64,000 nucleotides of DNA, taken from an uncultured Gemmatimonadales bacterium (lineage in GTDB: Bacteria > Gemmatimonadota > Gemmatimonadetes > Longimicrobiales > Gaopeijiaceae). Shown one piece after another: positions 1 to 8,620 of the stretch. The stretch spans positions 352,001 to 416,000 of the forward strand of contig CAWGKG010000004.1 in assembly GCA_963823035.1 (NCBI GenBank). The letters run 5' to 3'. A program made the translations under genes and the position numbers. The first letter of the stretch is position 1; the number at the start of each line of letters is the position of its first letter. Below the pieces are notes generated by a model. It did no database searches, was not told where the DNA came from, and saw only the letters and a program-made list of their open reading frames with translations.

Positions 1-548
1 CCTCGTCCGGCGACGAGGCGGTGGACAAGGTTCGGGAGCTCAAGCCCGACGTGGTGATCATGGACCTGTCCATGCCCGGATCCAACGGGCTCGAGGCCAC
101 GCGGCGCATCGCCGCGCTGGAGCTGGACACGAAGGTTCTCGTGCTCACCGTGCACGCGGAGGAGGAGTACCTCGTGCCGGTGGTCGAGGCGGGGGCCAGC
201 GGCTACCTGACCAAGACCAGCGCCGACAACGACCTCATCGAGGCCATCAAGGTGGTGGCGCGCGGCGAGGTCTACCTCCCGCCGAAGGCGACCACGCTGC
301 TGCTGCAGCGCTACAAGGCGTCCGAGTCGGAGGAGGGCGCGAGCCTGCACGACCTCAGCACGCGCGAGCAGGAGGTGCTGGCACTCACGGCCGAGGGCTA
401 CAGCTCCCGCGAGATCGGCAAGAAGCTGTTCATCAGCCCCAAGACCGTCGACACCTACCGCTCCCGCATCATGGACAAGCTCGGGCTGAACCACCGCTCC
501 GAGCTCGTGCGCTTCGCGCTGCGGGTGGGGCTGCTCAAGGAGATGTAG
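1..548 (+). CDS. NarL/FixJ-family response regulator (REC + LuxR HTH), 5'-truncated by the window edge
   Basis: PDVVIMDLSMPG receiver motif; LSTREQEVLAL...EIGKKLFISPKTVDTYRSRIMDKLG LuxR HTH; frame is open to the window start. Confidence 0.95.
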   Translation, partial: SSGDEAVDKVRELKPDVVIMDLSMPGSNGLEATRRIAALELDTKVLVLTVHAEEEYLVPVVEAGASGYLTKTSADNDLIEAIKVVARGEVYLPPKATTLLLQRYKASESEEGASLHDLSTREQEVLALTAEGYSSREIGKKLFISPKTVDTYRSRIMDKLGLNHRSELVRFALRVGLLKEM

Positions 549-566
549 GCCCCCTACTCGCTGGAT

Positions 567-624
567 CTCTGCGGCCTCGGCGGCCTCTGTGATAAAAGCG
601 GTTCAACCACAGAGGCCGCAGAGG
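567..624. terminator. Palindromic element / probable bidirectional terminator between convergent genes
   Basis: Perfect 12-bp stem GCGGCCTCTGTG (580-591) / CACAGAGGCCGC (608-619), built from ~9-nt CTCTGCGGC-like units. Confidence 0.6.
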
Positions 625-628
625 GAAT

Positions 629-2921
629 CTAGAAGTCCATGCGCAGCCGGAGCACCACGTCCCGCCCCGGGTTCAGCGCGAACCGCTTGTAGCGGCTGAG
701 GAAGTCCTTGTACTCGGTGGCGGCCACGTTGCGCACACGCAGCTCGAGCGCGGCGTCGCGGCCCATGAGCGTTCCACGCAGCCCGCCCGACAGGTGCACG
801 AGCGTGTAGCCGGCGACGTCGTAGTCGAGGGCGTTGAGGCGCTCGGGTGCCGCCACGTTCTCCACCTCTCCGCCGAGATACGCCCAGTGGCCCGGGCCCG
901 GCCAGGAACCGTGGACCTCGGCGCCGAAGACGGCGCGCCGCGGCGGCATGAGCGGGAGCGGCTCGTCGCGCGTGTCGTTCGTCCCGCGCACGTAGTCGCC
1001 CTTCCCGGAGAGGGTGAGCCAGGGGGCCGCGTCCAGCTCCAGGGAGGCCTCGCCACCGGCGAGCACGGCGTCGGCCTGCTCGTAGTCGAAGACCTGGTAG
1101 CCGTCCATCGTCCGGTCGGTCGGCTGGATGAAGAGGAAGTCCTTGAAGTCGTTGCGGTACGCAGCGACCTGCCCGCGGACACGGCTCAGCCGCCAGTTCA
1201 GGCCGACGTCCAGGTTGAACGAGCGCTCCTTGTCGAGCGTCGGGTCGCCGAACTCGTAGCGTGCCTCACCGAGGCGGGGGCCGGAGGCGTAGAGCTCGAA
1301 GAGCGTGGGCGCCCGCCAGGCGGTGCCCGCGTTCCCGGTGAGGGAGACGCCGTCCACGAGGCTCCACGCGGCCCCGACGCTCCAGGTGACCGCCGGAAGG
1401 TGCGGGTGGGCTGCCCGTCCGCGTCCACCTGCGCCAGGTCCGAGCGGACGCCTCCGAGCAGCGTCACGGGCCCGCGCTCCACGCGCTCGAGCAGGAAGAC
1501 GCCGCCCGCGCGCTGGCTGGCGCCGGGCACGATGGGCAGCACGCCGTCGGTGGAGCTGCTCTGCAGCTTGCCGGTCACGCCGACCGTTCCGGAGGTGCTG
1601 GGGCGCGAGGGAGTGGTGCAGGAGCGCCTCGCCGAGCCCGGTGGTGAGCGTCAGGTCGAAGAGGGGCACTTCGACCAGGACGCCGATCGCGGCGGAGTCG
1701 GGGTCGTCCTCCATCTCGATGATGTTGTGGCGCTGGAGCTGGACGCGCGTCTCCAGGCGGGTGGGCCCGCCCATGGGGAAGTTGCCGAGAAGCTGGAGGC
1801 GGTCGTCCATGAGCTTGCGCTCCGGCCCGGCCTCCTCCACCCCGGGCTGCGCGCCGCCGGCGGGGGCATCCTCCTCGAGGAGCTTGAACTCCCCTCCGTT
1901 GTGCACGAAGCGCGTCGTGACGCTCCCCCACGGCCCGCGACGCACCAGCGCCCCCTCGGCGTTGAAGGCCAGGAAGCCCGTGTTGTCCAGCTCGCCGAGG
2001 GGCGTGTGCAGCGCCTCCGCGAAGCGCCCGTCGCCCATGACCCTCCAGCCCCAGGGCCCGCTCGCGCCCTCCCCGCGCACCACGGCGCCGGCCTCGCGGT
2101 TGTTCGTGGCGAAGGAGAGCTCCCCGCCGCTGCGGAAGAAGCCGTCGCCGCCGGCCGCGTCGGGGAGCGGCCGGGGGACGACGTTCACCACGCCGCCCAC
2201 GGCGTCGGCTCCGTAGAGCACCGAGGCCGGGCCGCGGATCACCTCGATGCGGTCGGCCATGGCGGCGTCGATGGCCGGGCCGTCCTCGTCGCTCCAGGCA
2301 TAGTCCTCCAGGCGGAGGCCCTGGGAGAGCACGAGCACCCGTGCGCCCGAGAGCCCGCGGATGATCGGCTTCCCGATCTCACGACCGGTGCTGAGCGTGC
2401 GCACGCCCGGGAGGTGCTCCAGCGTCTGCGCGAGCGAGACGCTCCTGTCGCGCTCGAGATCCTGCCGACCGAGCACGGATACGGGGAGGGGTGATCTCCC
2501 CGGTGACAGCGGCCCTCGCGCCACGGTCACGTTGAGCGGCTCGAGGGGAAAGGCGGCGGCCTCGAGCACGACCCGCACGGAACCGGAGCCTGAGCCGGGA
2601 ACATCCACGGTCACCACCGCCGTGCGGTACCCGATCCGGCGTACCTCGAGGGTGTACGTGCCGTCGGGCAGCTCGGGGATGCTGAAGCGGCCTCCCTCGT
2701 CCGTGCGGACCGATCGTTCGAGCTCCACGACCTGGACGCGCGCGCCCTCGATCGACACCCCCGCGGCGTCGACCACGGTGCCTGCGAGCGTCTCCCGACG
2801 GAGGCTGCGGGCTCCCCCGGAGCGCGGGGCACGAGCGGCCACCGGGGCGGCGCCGAGGGACAGGAAGCAGACCAGCGAAATGACGCGATGGGCGCGCCGG
2901 CGCGCGCCGAGGAAAGGTCAT
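629..2921 (-). CDS. TonB-dependent outer-membrane receptor (frameshifts near 2900, 1590 and 1395)
   Basis: N-terminal carboxypeptidase-regulatory-like domain; plug motif KPIIRGL...RIEVIRGPASVLYGADAVGGVVN; RAPTLFELY; C-terminal Phe. The signal peptide and one barrel segment lie in other frames. Confidence 0.9.
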
Positions 2922-2960
2922 CGGGGATTCGTCCTCGTGGCTTCGGGCGGGAAAGGTGGC

Positions 2961-3006
2961 AAGATATCGTGAACGGACCATGAATCCAAGATGAATGCTC
3001 CTTCAT
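2961..3006. promoter_or_regulatory. Putative OmpR-family (CusR-like) operator and -10 element of the receptor promoter
   Basis: RTGAA half-sites at 2969, 2980 and 2991 (11-bp period); palindrome ATGAA-TGCTCC-TTCAT 2991-3006; TATCTT on the minus strand at 2966-2961. Confidence 0.6.
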
Positions 3007-3094
3007 GTAGCCATGGGAGGCCATGGGGTGCACTATGTTCCGCCCCGGAGGACGCGGCCGGAGTCGGCCGCTCCGCGCGACAGGAGGGGAGCGG

Positions 3095-3775
3095 ATGCGC
3101 ATCCTGGTGGTCGAGGACGACAAGAAGGTCGCCAGCTTCCTCGAGAAGGGGCTCCGTGAGGAGGGGTACGCCGTGGACGTGGCCCACGACGGGACCGACG
3201 GGCTGATGAAGGCGCACGTGCACGAGTACGACCTCCTCCTGCTCGACATCATGCTGCCGGGGAAGTCGGGGCTCGAGATCGTGCGCGACCTGCGCTCGAA
3301 GGAGCGCACCGTGCCCGTGCTGATGCTGACCGCGCGCGACGACCAGGAAGACGTGGTGGTGGGCCTCGACGCCGGGGCCGACGACTACCTCACCAAGCCG
3401 TTCGGCTTCGACGAGCTGCTTGCGCGCATCCGTGCCCTGCTGCGGCGGGGTGGGGCGGCTCGTCCCGACCGACTGCTCTACGACGACGTGGAGCTCGACC
3501 GCGTGACGCACGTCGCGTCACGCGGCGGCGCCCGCCTCGATCTCACGCCCAAGGAGTTCCAGCTCCTCGAGTTCTTCCTCCTGAATGCCGAGCGCGTGGT
3601 GCGGCGCACCGAGCTCCTCGAGAAGGTGTGGGATCTGCGCTTCGATCCGATGAGCAACGTCGTGGACGTGCACGTCGGCCACCTGCGCCGAAAGCTCCGC
3701 GACGCCGGAGACGACCCGCTCCTGCACACCGTCCGGGGCGTCGGCTACCTCCTCCAGAAGGGCGCCGTCGGGTGA
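3095..3775 (+). CDS. Heavy-metal response regulator, OmpR family (CusR/CzcR-like)
   Basis: MRILVVEDD, LLDIMLPG, GADDYLTKPF, SNVVDVHVGHLRRKL, HTVRGVGY; adjacent to an RND efflux operon. Confidence 0.93.
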   Translation: MRILVVEDDKKVASFLEKGLREEGYAVDVAHDGTDGLMKAHVHEYDLLLLDIMLPGKSGLEIVRDLRSKERTVPVLMLTARDDQEDVVVGLDAGADDYLTKPFGFDELLARIRALLRRGGAARPDRLLYDDVELDRVTHVASRGGARLDLTPKEFQLLEFFLLNAERVVRRTELLEKVWDLRFDPMSNVVDVHVGHLRRKLRDAGDDPLLHTVRGVGYLLQKGAVG

Positions 3776-5232
3776 TGCGCTCGTTCCGATTCCAGCTCGC
3801 GCTGCGGGCGGCGGCGGCCATGGCCGTGGGGATGACGGCCGTCGGGGCCGTCACCTTCCTCGGGCTGCGCTCGATCCTGGACAGCGAGCTGGACGCCTCG
3901 ATCCTCAACGTGGCGTCCATCCAGGCCGCGTCGCTCACGGACGCGCCGGGCGGGGAGATGCACTTCCACGAGTGGGAGCTCACGCCGGAGGAGGCCGCCT
4001 CCCTCGAGGACCTGATCCGCTACGCGCAGGTATGGCAGGCGGACGGCGTGAGCCTGCTGCGCAGCCAGTACATGACGTCGGACCTGCCCCTGGACCGCGA
4101 GCACCTCGCGCGCGCGGAGGAGGGCAACGTCATCTGGACGCAGACGTCGTGGAACGGGATGCCGATCCGCGCGCTCTACTATCCGCTCGAGCGCTTCGGG
4201 ATGGCGCACGAGCGCCACGTGCTGGAGGTCGCCGCCCCCCTCGTGAAGCGGAACGAGATGCTGCTGCGCGTCGGGCTCTTCCTCGGCGCGCTCACGCTCG
4301 TGATGTCGGGCGCGACCTTCGCGGGCGCGTCCTGGCTGGCCGGGCGGGCGATGCGCCCCGTCCACGAGGTGATCGACCAGGCGGAGGTGATCCGTGCCGG
4401 CTCGTTCGACGCCGCATCCACGCCTACGCCGAGATGCGGGAGTACCGGCGCCTGGTGGACGTGCTCAACGGGATGCTGGGGCGGATCCAGGGGGCGTTCG
4501 AGGCGCAGCGGCGCTTCACGGCGGACGCGAGCCACGAGCTGCGCTCGCCGCTCACCGCGATGCGTGGGGAACTCGAGCTGGCGCTTCGCCGTCAGCGTCA
4601 GCCCGAGGAGTATCGGGTCGTGCTGGAGAGCACGCTCGAGGAGGTGGTGCGCCTGTCACGGATCACGGAGGACTCTCCTCGTGCTGGCCCGGTCGGACTC
4701 CGGTGCGCTGCGCCCCCGCCTGGAAGAGGTGGTCGTCGCGGAGGTGGCGGGCCGGGTGGTGGAGCGACTGCAGGGTCAGGCGGGCGAGAAGGACCTCGAG
4801 GTGGCGGTCACCGACGAGGGAGGCGCGACCGCCCGGGTGGACCCGGGGCTGGTCGGCCAGGCCGTGTGGAACCTGGTCGACAACGCGATCAAGTATGCGC
4901 CCGGGGGTGGGCGCGTGGACGTCCGCGTCGCGCGGCAGGGCAGCGACGTCGTGATCACCGTGGAGGACTCGGGCCCAGGCTTCCAGGATCCCGCGGAGGC
5001 CTTTCGCCGCTTCTTCCGCGAGGACGCGGCGCGCACGCATGGGACGTCCACGGACGGCACGGGGCTGGGGCTCGCGATCGTGCGTGCCGTGGCCGAGGCG
5101 CACGGGGGCCGTGCGTCCGCGGAGAACCGACCGGGGGGAGGCGCACGGGTTGCGGTGCGACTGCCGGCCGGCGCGGCAGGGGTCGCCCCCGCCGCGCCGG
5201 CCGCATTCCGTCCGGCGGCCCGCGGTTGCTAG
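3775..5232 (+). CDS. Sensor histidine kinase (CusS/CzcS-like; compensating frameshifts near 4410 and 4672)
   Basis: Two TM segments; H-box FTADASHELRSPL in an alternate frame; NLVDNAIKY, DSGPG and GTGLGLAI HATPase motifs; TGATG coupling to the regulator. Confidence 0.9.
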   Translation: MRSFRFQLALRAAAAMAVGMTAVGAVTFLGLRSILDSELDASILNVASIQAASLTDAPGGEMHFHEWELTPEEAASLEDLIRYAQVWQADGVSLLRSQYMTSDLPLDREHLARAEEGNVIWTQTSWNGMPIRALYYPLERFGMAHERHVLEVAAPLVKRNEMLLRVGLFLGALTLVMSGATFAGASWLAGRAMRPVHEVIDQAEVIRAGSFDAASTPTPRCGSTGAWWTCSTGCWGGSRGRSRRSGASRRTRATSCARRSPRCVGNSSWRFAVSVSPRSIGSCWRARSRRWCACHGSRRTLLVLARSDSGALRPRLEEVVVAEVAGRVVERLQGQAGEKDLEVAVTDEGGATARVDPGLVGQAVWNLVDNAIKYAPGGGRVDVRVARQGSDVVITVEDSGPGFQDPAEAFRRFFREDAARTHGTSTDGTGLGLAIVRAVAEAHGGRASAENRPGGGARVAVRLPAGAAGVAPAAPAAFRPAARGC

Positions 5233-5241
5233 CGCGTCAGG

Positions 5242-5784
5242 CTACGAGCCGACCTTGAACGAGGCGCCGACGTTGATCGTCGACGCGCCGGCGCCCACGT
5301 CCGCGTAGAACGACGTCGCGGGCTGGAAGAAGTAGCGCACGCCGGCGCGGCCCACGAAGTAGATGCCGGAGTTCGCGCCGCAGTCGAAGCTGCCGCAGTT
5401 GTCGCTCACGATCCAGAAGCCGAGGCCCGCGCCGAGGAAGGGATCCCACTTGCCTTCTTCGACGTGGAAGTGGTAGTTGGCCGTGCCGCTGATCGGGATG
5501 TACGTCCAACTGTAGTGGCCCGCACCGACGCCGGCGCTGTAGTGCCACCAGTCGGCGCTGACCTCGAAGCCGAGCACGCCGTTGCCCATCTCAGGAAGGT
5601 CCTTGATGGCGTGCTCGAAGCGGCCGCCGATGGATACGGTTGCGTCTCCGATACCGCCCAGGCCGATCACCGCGGCCACATGGTTCGATCCGGCGGTGAA
5701 GCCCTGCGCCTGGGCGCGTCCGCTCCAGGCGAACGTGAGCAACAGGGCCGCGGCAGCGGCTATCCAGCGGGACGATCTCGGCAT
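5242..5784 (-). CDS. Small outer-membrane beta-barrel protein
   Basis: AQA signal peptide; alternating aromatic beta-strand pattern (WDPFLGAGLGF, GRAGVRYFF, NVGASF). Confidence 0.75.
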   Translation of the reverse strand: MPRSSRWIAAAAALLLTFAWSGRAQAQGFTAGSNHVAAVIGLGGIGDATVSIGGRFEHAIKDLPEMGNGVLGFEVSADWWHYSAGVGAGHYSWTYIPISGTANYHFHVEEGKWDPFLGAGLGFWIVSDNCGSFDCGANSGIYFVGRAGVRYFFQPATSFYADVGAGASTINVGASFKVGS

Positions 5785-5926
5785 TACTCCTCCTCGAATG
5801 GGGGGCAGGCGGGATGTGCACTATCGGTTGACCACCGGGCTGCAGGCGGCGCTCACAATACAGTACGCGAAACGCGGCCGGCAACCGTCATCGGCGCCGG
5901 AACGACCCTCCCCGGATCGTCGTTCC

Positions 5927-5963
5927 TGAAGGTTTCTTCATCGGGATCTCACGGGGCCTTCAC
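5927..5963 (+). promoter_or_regulatory. Putative CusR-like operator upstream of the efflux operon
   Basis: Palindrome TGAAG-GTTT-CTTCA 5927-5940, then TTCAT/CTCAC/TTCAC at 5937, 5948 and 5959 (11-bp period). Confidence 0.6.
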
Positions 5964-6019
5964 GCCTCCGGAGCCAGCTTCCGTGCTACCAGACGGCGGA
6001 ACTCTCCGAGAGGTTGCAT

Positions 6020-7366
6020 GTGAACAGACGTCCCCAGGCTCCCTGGACCCTCGCGGCCGCAGCCCTGCTCGGCCTCGGGCCGGCCGGAGTCGCGGCCCAG
6101 GGCCGGCCCGCGACGGACGCCTCCTCCGCGCCGATCGCGGCACCCGGCGACAGCCTGGAGCTCGCGTCGGTGCTGGCGCTGGCGAAGGAGCGCAATCCGA
6201 GGCTGCAAGCCCTCGAGGCGGCGGCTGACGCGGCCGCGTACCGCGAGCCCGAGGCTTCGACGCTGCCCGACCCGATGCTCCAGCTCGGCGTCATGAACTT
6301 CGGGCTGCCGCACTTCAACGCCGACATGCCCACGTCGATGGCGCCCTCGCTGCAGCTCACGCAGATGATCCCCTTCCCGGGGAAGCTCTCCCTGGCCGGC
6401 GACATCGCTTCGTACGGGCGGGAGATCGCCGAAGCCGGTGCCGGCGAAGCGTGGTGGGAGGTACGCGAGCGCACGGCTTCGATCTTCTACGACCTGTATG
6501 CGCTGGATCGTCGCCTCGAGGTGATGCGCGAGACGCTCTCGCTCCTCAAGGACTTCCAGCAGGTGGCCAAGGCGATGTACGTGGCCGGCACCGGCCGGCA
6601 GGCCGACGTCCTGCGCGCCGACGTCGAGGTGGCGCGCATGGACGGAGACATCCGACAGATGGAGGCGATGCGCACCACGAAGGCCGCGCGCCTGAACGCC
6701 CTCCTCGACCGGCCCGCCGACACGCCGGTCGCGACCCCCGCGCTCGGTGAGCTTCCGGTGGACGTGCCCGACGGCGCCACGCTGCGCGCCTGGGCCAGGG
6801 CGAGCCGCCCGGTGCTCGAGCGCGGCAGGCTGGGCGTGGCCCGTGCCGAGAAGCGCAGCGGGCTCGCGCACCGGCAGATCTGGCCGGACCTGACCCTCGG
6901 CGTCTCCTACGGGCAGCGGAATCGCGGGCTCGGCACCGAGAGGATGGGCAGCGCGATGGTGGGGTTCACCCTGCCCGTGCATGCGGGGAGCCGTCAGTAC
7001 GCGGCCCGCGACGAAGCCGCCGCGATGGAGCGGCTGGCCGACGCGGAGCTCGGCGGGCTGGAGGCGGACGTGGACGCACGCATCGGCGAGCTGCTGGCCG
7101 AGCTCGACCGGACGCGCACGCTTGCGGACCTCTATCGCGGCGAGGTGATCCCCGAGGCGCACGCCACGGTGGAGTCGGCGTTCTCCTCGTACCGCGTCGG
7201 CGACGTGGATTTCATGACGCTGGTGGACGCCCACATGGCCGCCAACCGGTACGAGGGCGAGCTCTTCCAGCTCCTCGGTGACTACGGCAGGGCCGTCGCG
7301 GCCCTGGAATCGGCCGTGGGCCGCCCGCTCCCCCGCGACGGCGCCCTGATGGCGGAGGCACGATGA
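6020..7366 (+). CDS. TolC-family outer-membrane efflux protein (CusC-like)
   Basis: Signal peptide; LPDPMLQLGVMN, QMIPFPGKL, SSYRVGDVDF motifs of heavy-metal TolC proteins; start could be 6014 or 6020. Confidence 0.9.
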   Translation: MNRRPQAPWTLAAAALLGLGPAGVAAQGRPATDASSAPIAAPGDSLELASVLALAKERNPRLQALEAAADAAAYREPEASTLPDPMLQLGVMNFGLPHFNADMPTSMAPSLQLTQMIPFPGKLSLAGDIASYGREIAEAGAGEAWWEVRERTASIFYDLYALDRRLEVMRETLSLLKDFQQVAKAMYVAGTGRQADVLRADVEVARMDGDIRQMEAMRTTKAARLNALLDRPADTPVATPALGELPVDVPDGATLRAWARASRPVLERGRLGVARAEKRSGLAHRQIWPDLTLGVSYGQRNRGLGTERMGSAMVGFTLPVHAGSRQYAARDEAAAMERLADAELGGLEADVDARIGELLAELDRTRTLADLYRGEVIPEAHATVESAFSSYRVGDVDFMTLVDAHMAANRYEGELFQLLGDYGRAVAALESAVGRPLPRDGALMAEAR

Positions 7367-8601
7367 ACACGAAGAAGCAGATCCTGTTGAGTGCCGGCAT
7401 CGTCCTGGCCGCCGTCGGCCTGGTGGCCTTCCAGCTCCGCGGCGACGGCCCCGAGGCTCCCGCTGCCGCGCAGGGCCACGACCACGCGGCGATGATGGCG
7501 GAGGCGGGCGACGACGCGAAGCCGGTGTCGCTGGACGCGGAGGGACAGCGACGCATCGGGGTGACGTACGCGACCGTGGAGCTCCGGGAGCTTCCCGTCT
7601 CGGTGCAGTCCGTGGGCACCGTGGCCTACGACGAGACCCGTCTGAGCACGGTGAGCCCCAAGGTCGCCGGGTGGGTCGAGAAGCTGTACGTCGACTTCAC
7701 GGGTGCCCCGGTGAAGGCCGGCCAGCCCCTGATGGAGGTCTACAGCCCGGCGCTGGTGTCGGCGCAGGAGGAGCTGGTCCTCGCGGCACGTCTCGTGGGG
7801 GAGGCGGGCGAGGGACGGGCGTCGGAGAACGCCCTGGAGCTCCTCCGGTCGGCCCGGCGCCGGCTCGCCTACTGGGACGTCTCGCAGGAGGAGATCGACC
7901 GCATCGAGCGGACCGGCGAGCCCACGAAGACGCTCACGGTGCGCGCGCCGGCGTCCGGCGTGGTGGTCGAGAAGAACGTGGTGGAGGGTGACCGGATCAT
8001 GCCCGGGATGACCGTCTACCGCATCGCCGACCTCTCCCGCGTGTGGGTCGAGGCCGAGGTCTTCGAGAAGGACCTGGCCTTGGTGCGGGAAGGACAGGCC
8101 GCCCAGGTGAGCTTCGAGGCCTATCCCGGCAAGGCGTTCGCAGGGAAGGTCACCTATGTGTACCCCACGGTCTCCGTGCAATCGCGCACGGCGCGCGTGC
8201 GGGTGGAGCTCGCCAATCCCGGGCTCACCCTGAAGCCCGGCATGTTCGCGAAGATCGGCCTCGACGTGCCGCCGGGGGCGCCCACGCTGGTCGTGCCGCG
8301 CAGCGCCGTCATCGCCACGGGGGAACGGGCGCTCGTCTTCGTCCAGGCCGCCGACGGCATGCTCATGCCGCGCGAGGTGCAGATGGGACGTACCTCCGGC
8401 CAGCTCCAGGAGTTGCTCGCCGGCGTGGAGGCGGGGGAACGCGTGGTGTCGTCGGCCGCCTTCCTGGTGGACGCGGAGTCGAACCTGGGCAGCATGACCT
8501 CGATGCCCGGCATGGACATGGGGGCTCCCGGCGGTGACACCGCCAGGGACGGCATGCAGGGGATGGAAGGCATGGACCCCTCCGGCCACGAAGGCCACTG
8601 A
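7363..8601 (+). CDS. cusB: RND periplasmic adaptor (CusB-like) with Met/His-rich termini
   Basis: GWVEKLYVDFTG, YSPALVSAQEE, IADLSRVWV, LKPGM, FLVDAESN. Confidence 0.92.
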   Translation: MNTKKQILLSAGIVLAAVGLVAFQLRGDGPEAPAAAQGHDHAAMMAEAGDDAKPVSLDAEGQRRIGVTYATVELRELPVSVQSVGTVAYDETRLSTVSPKVAGWVEKLYVDFTGAPVKAGQPLMEVYSPALVSAQEELVLAARLVGEAGEGRASENALELLRSARRRLAYWDVSQEEIDRIERTGEPTKTLTVRAPASGVVVEKNVVEGDRIMPGMTVYRIADLSRVWVEAEVFEKDLALVREGQAAQVSFEAYPGKAFAGKVTYVYPTVSVQSRTARVRVELANPGLTLKPGMFAKIGLDVPPGAPTLVVPRSAVIATGERALVFVQAADGMLMPREVQMGRTSGQLQELLAGVEAGERVVSSAAFLVDAESNLGSMTSMPGMDMGAPGGDTARDGMQGMEGMDPSGHEGH

Positions 8602-8620
8602 GCGCGGAGGGAGCCGAGCC

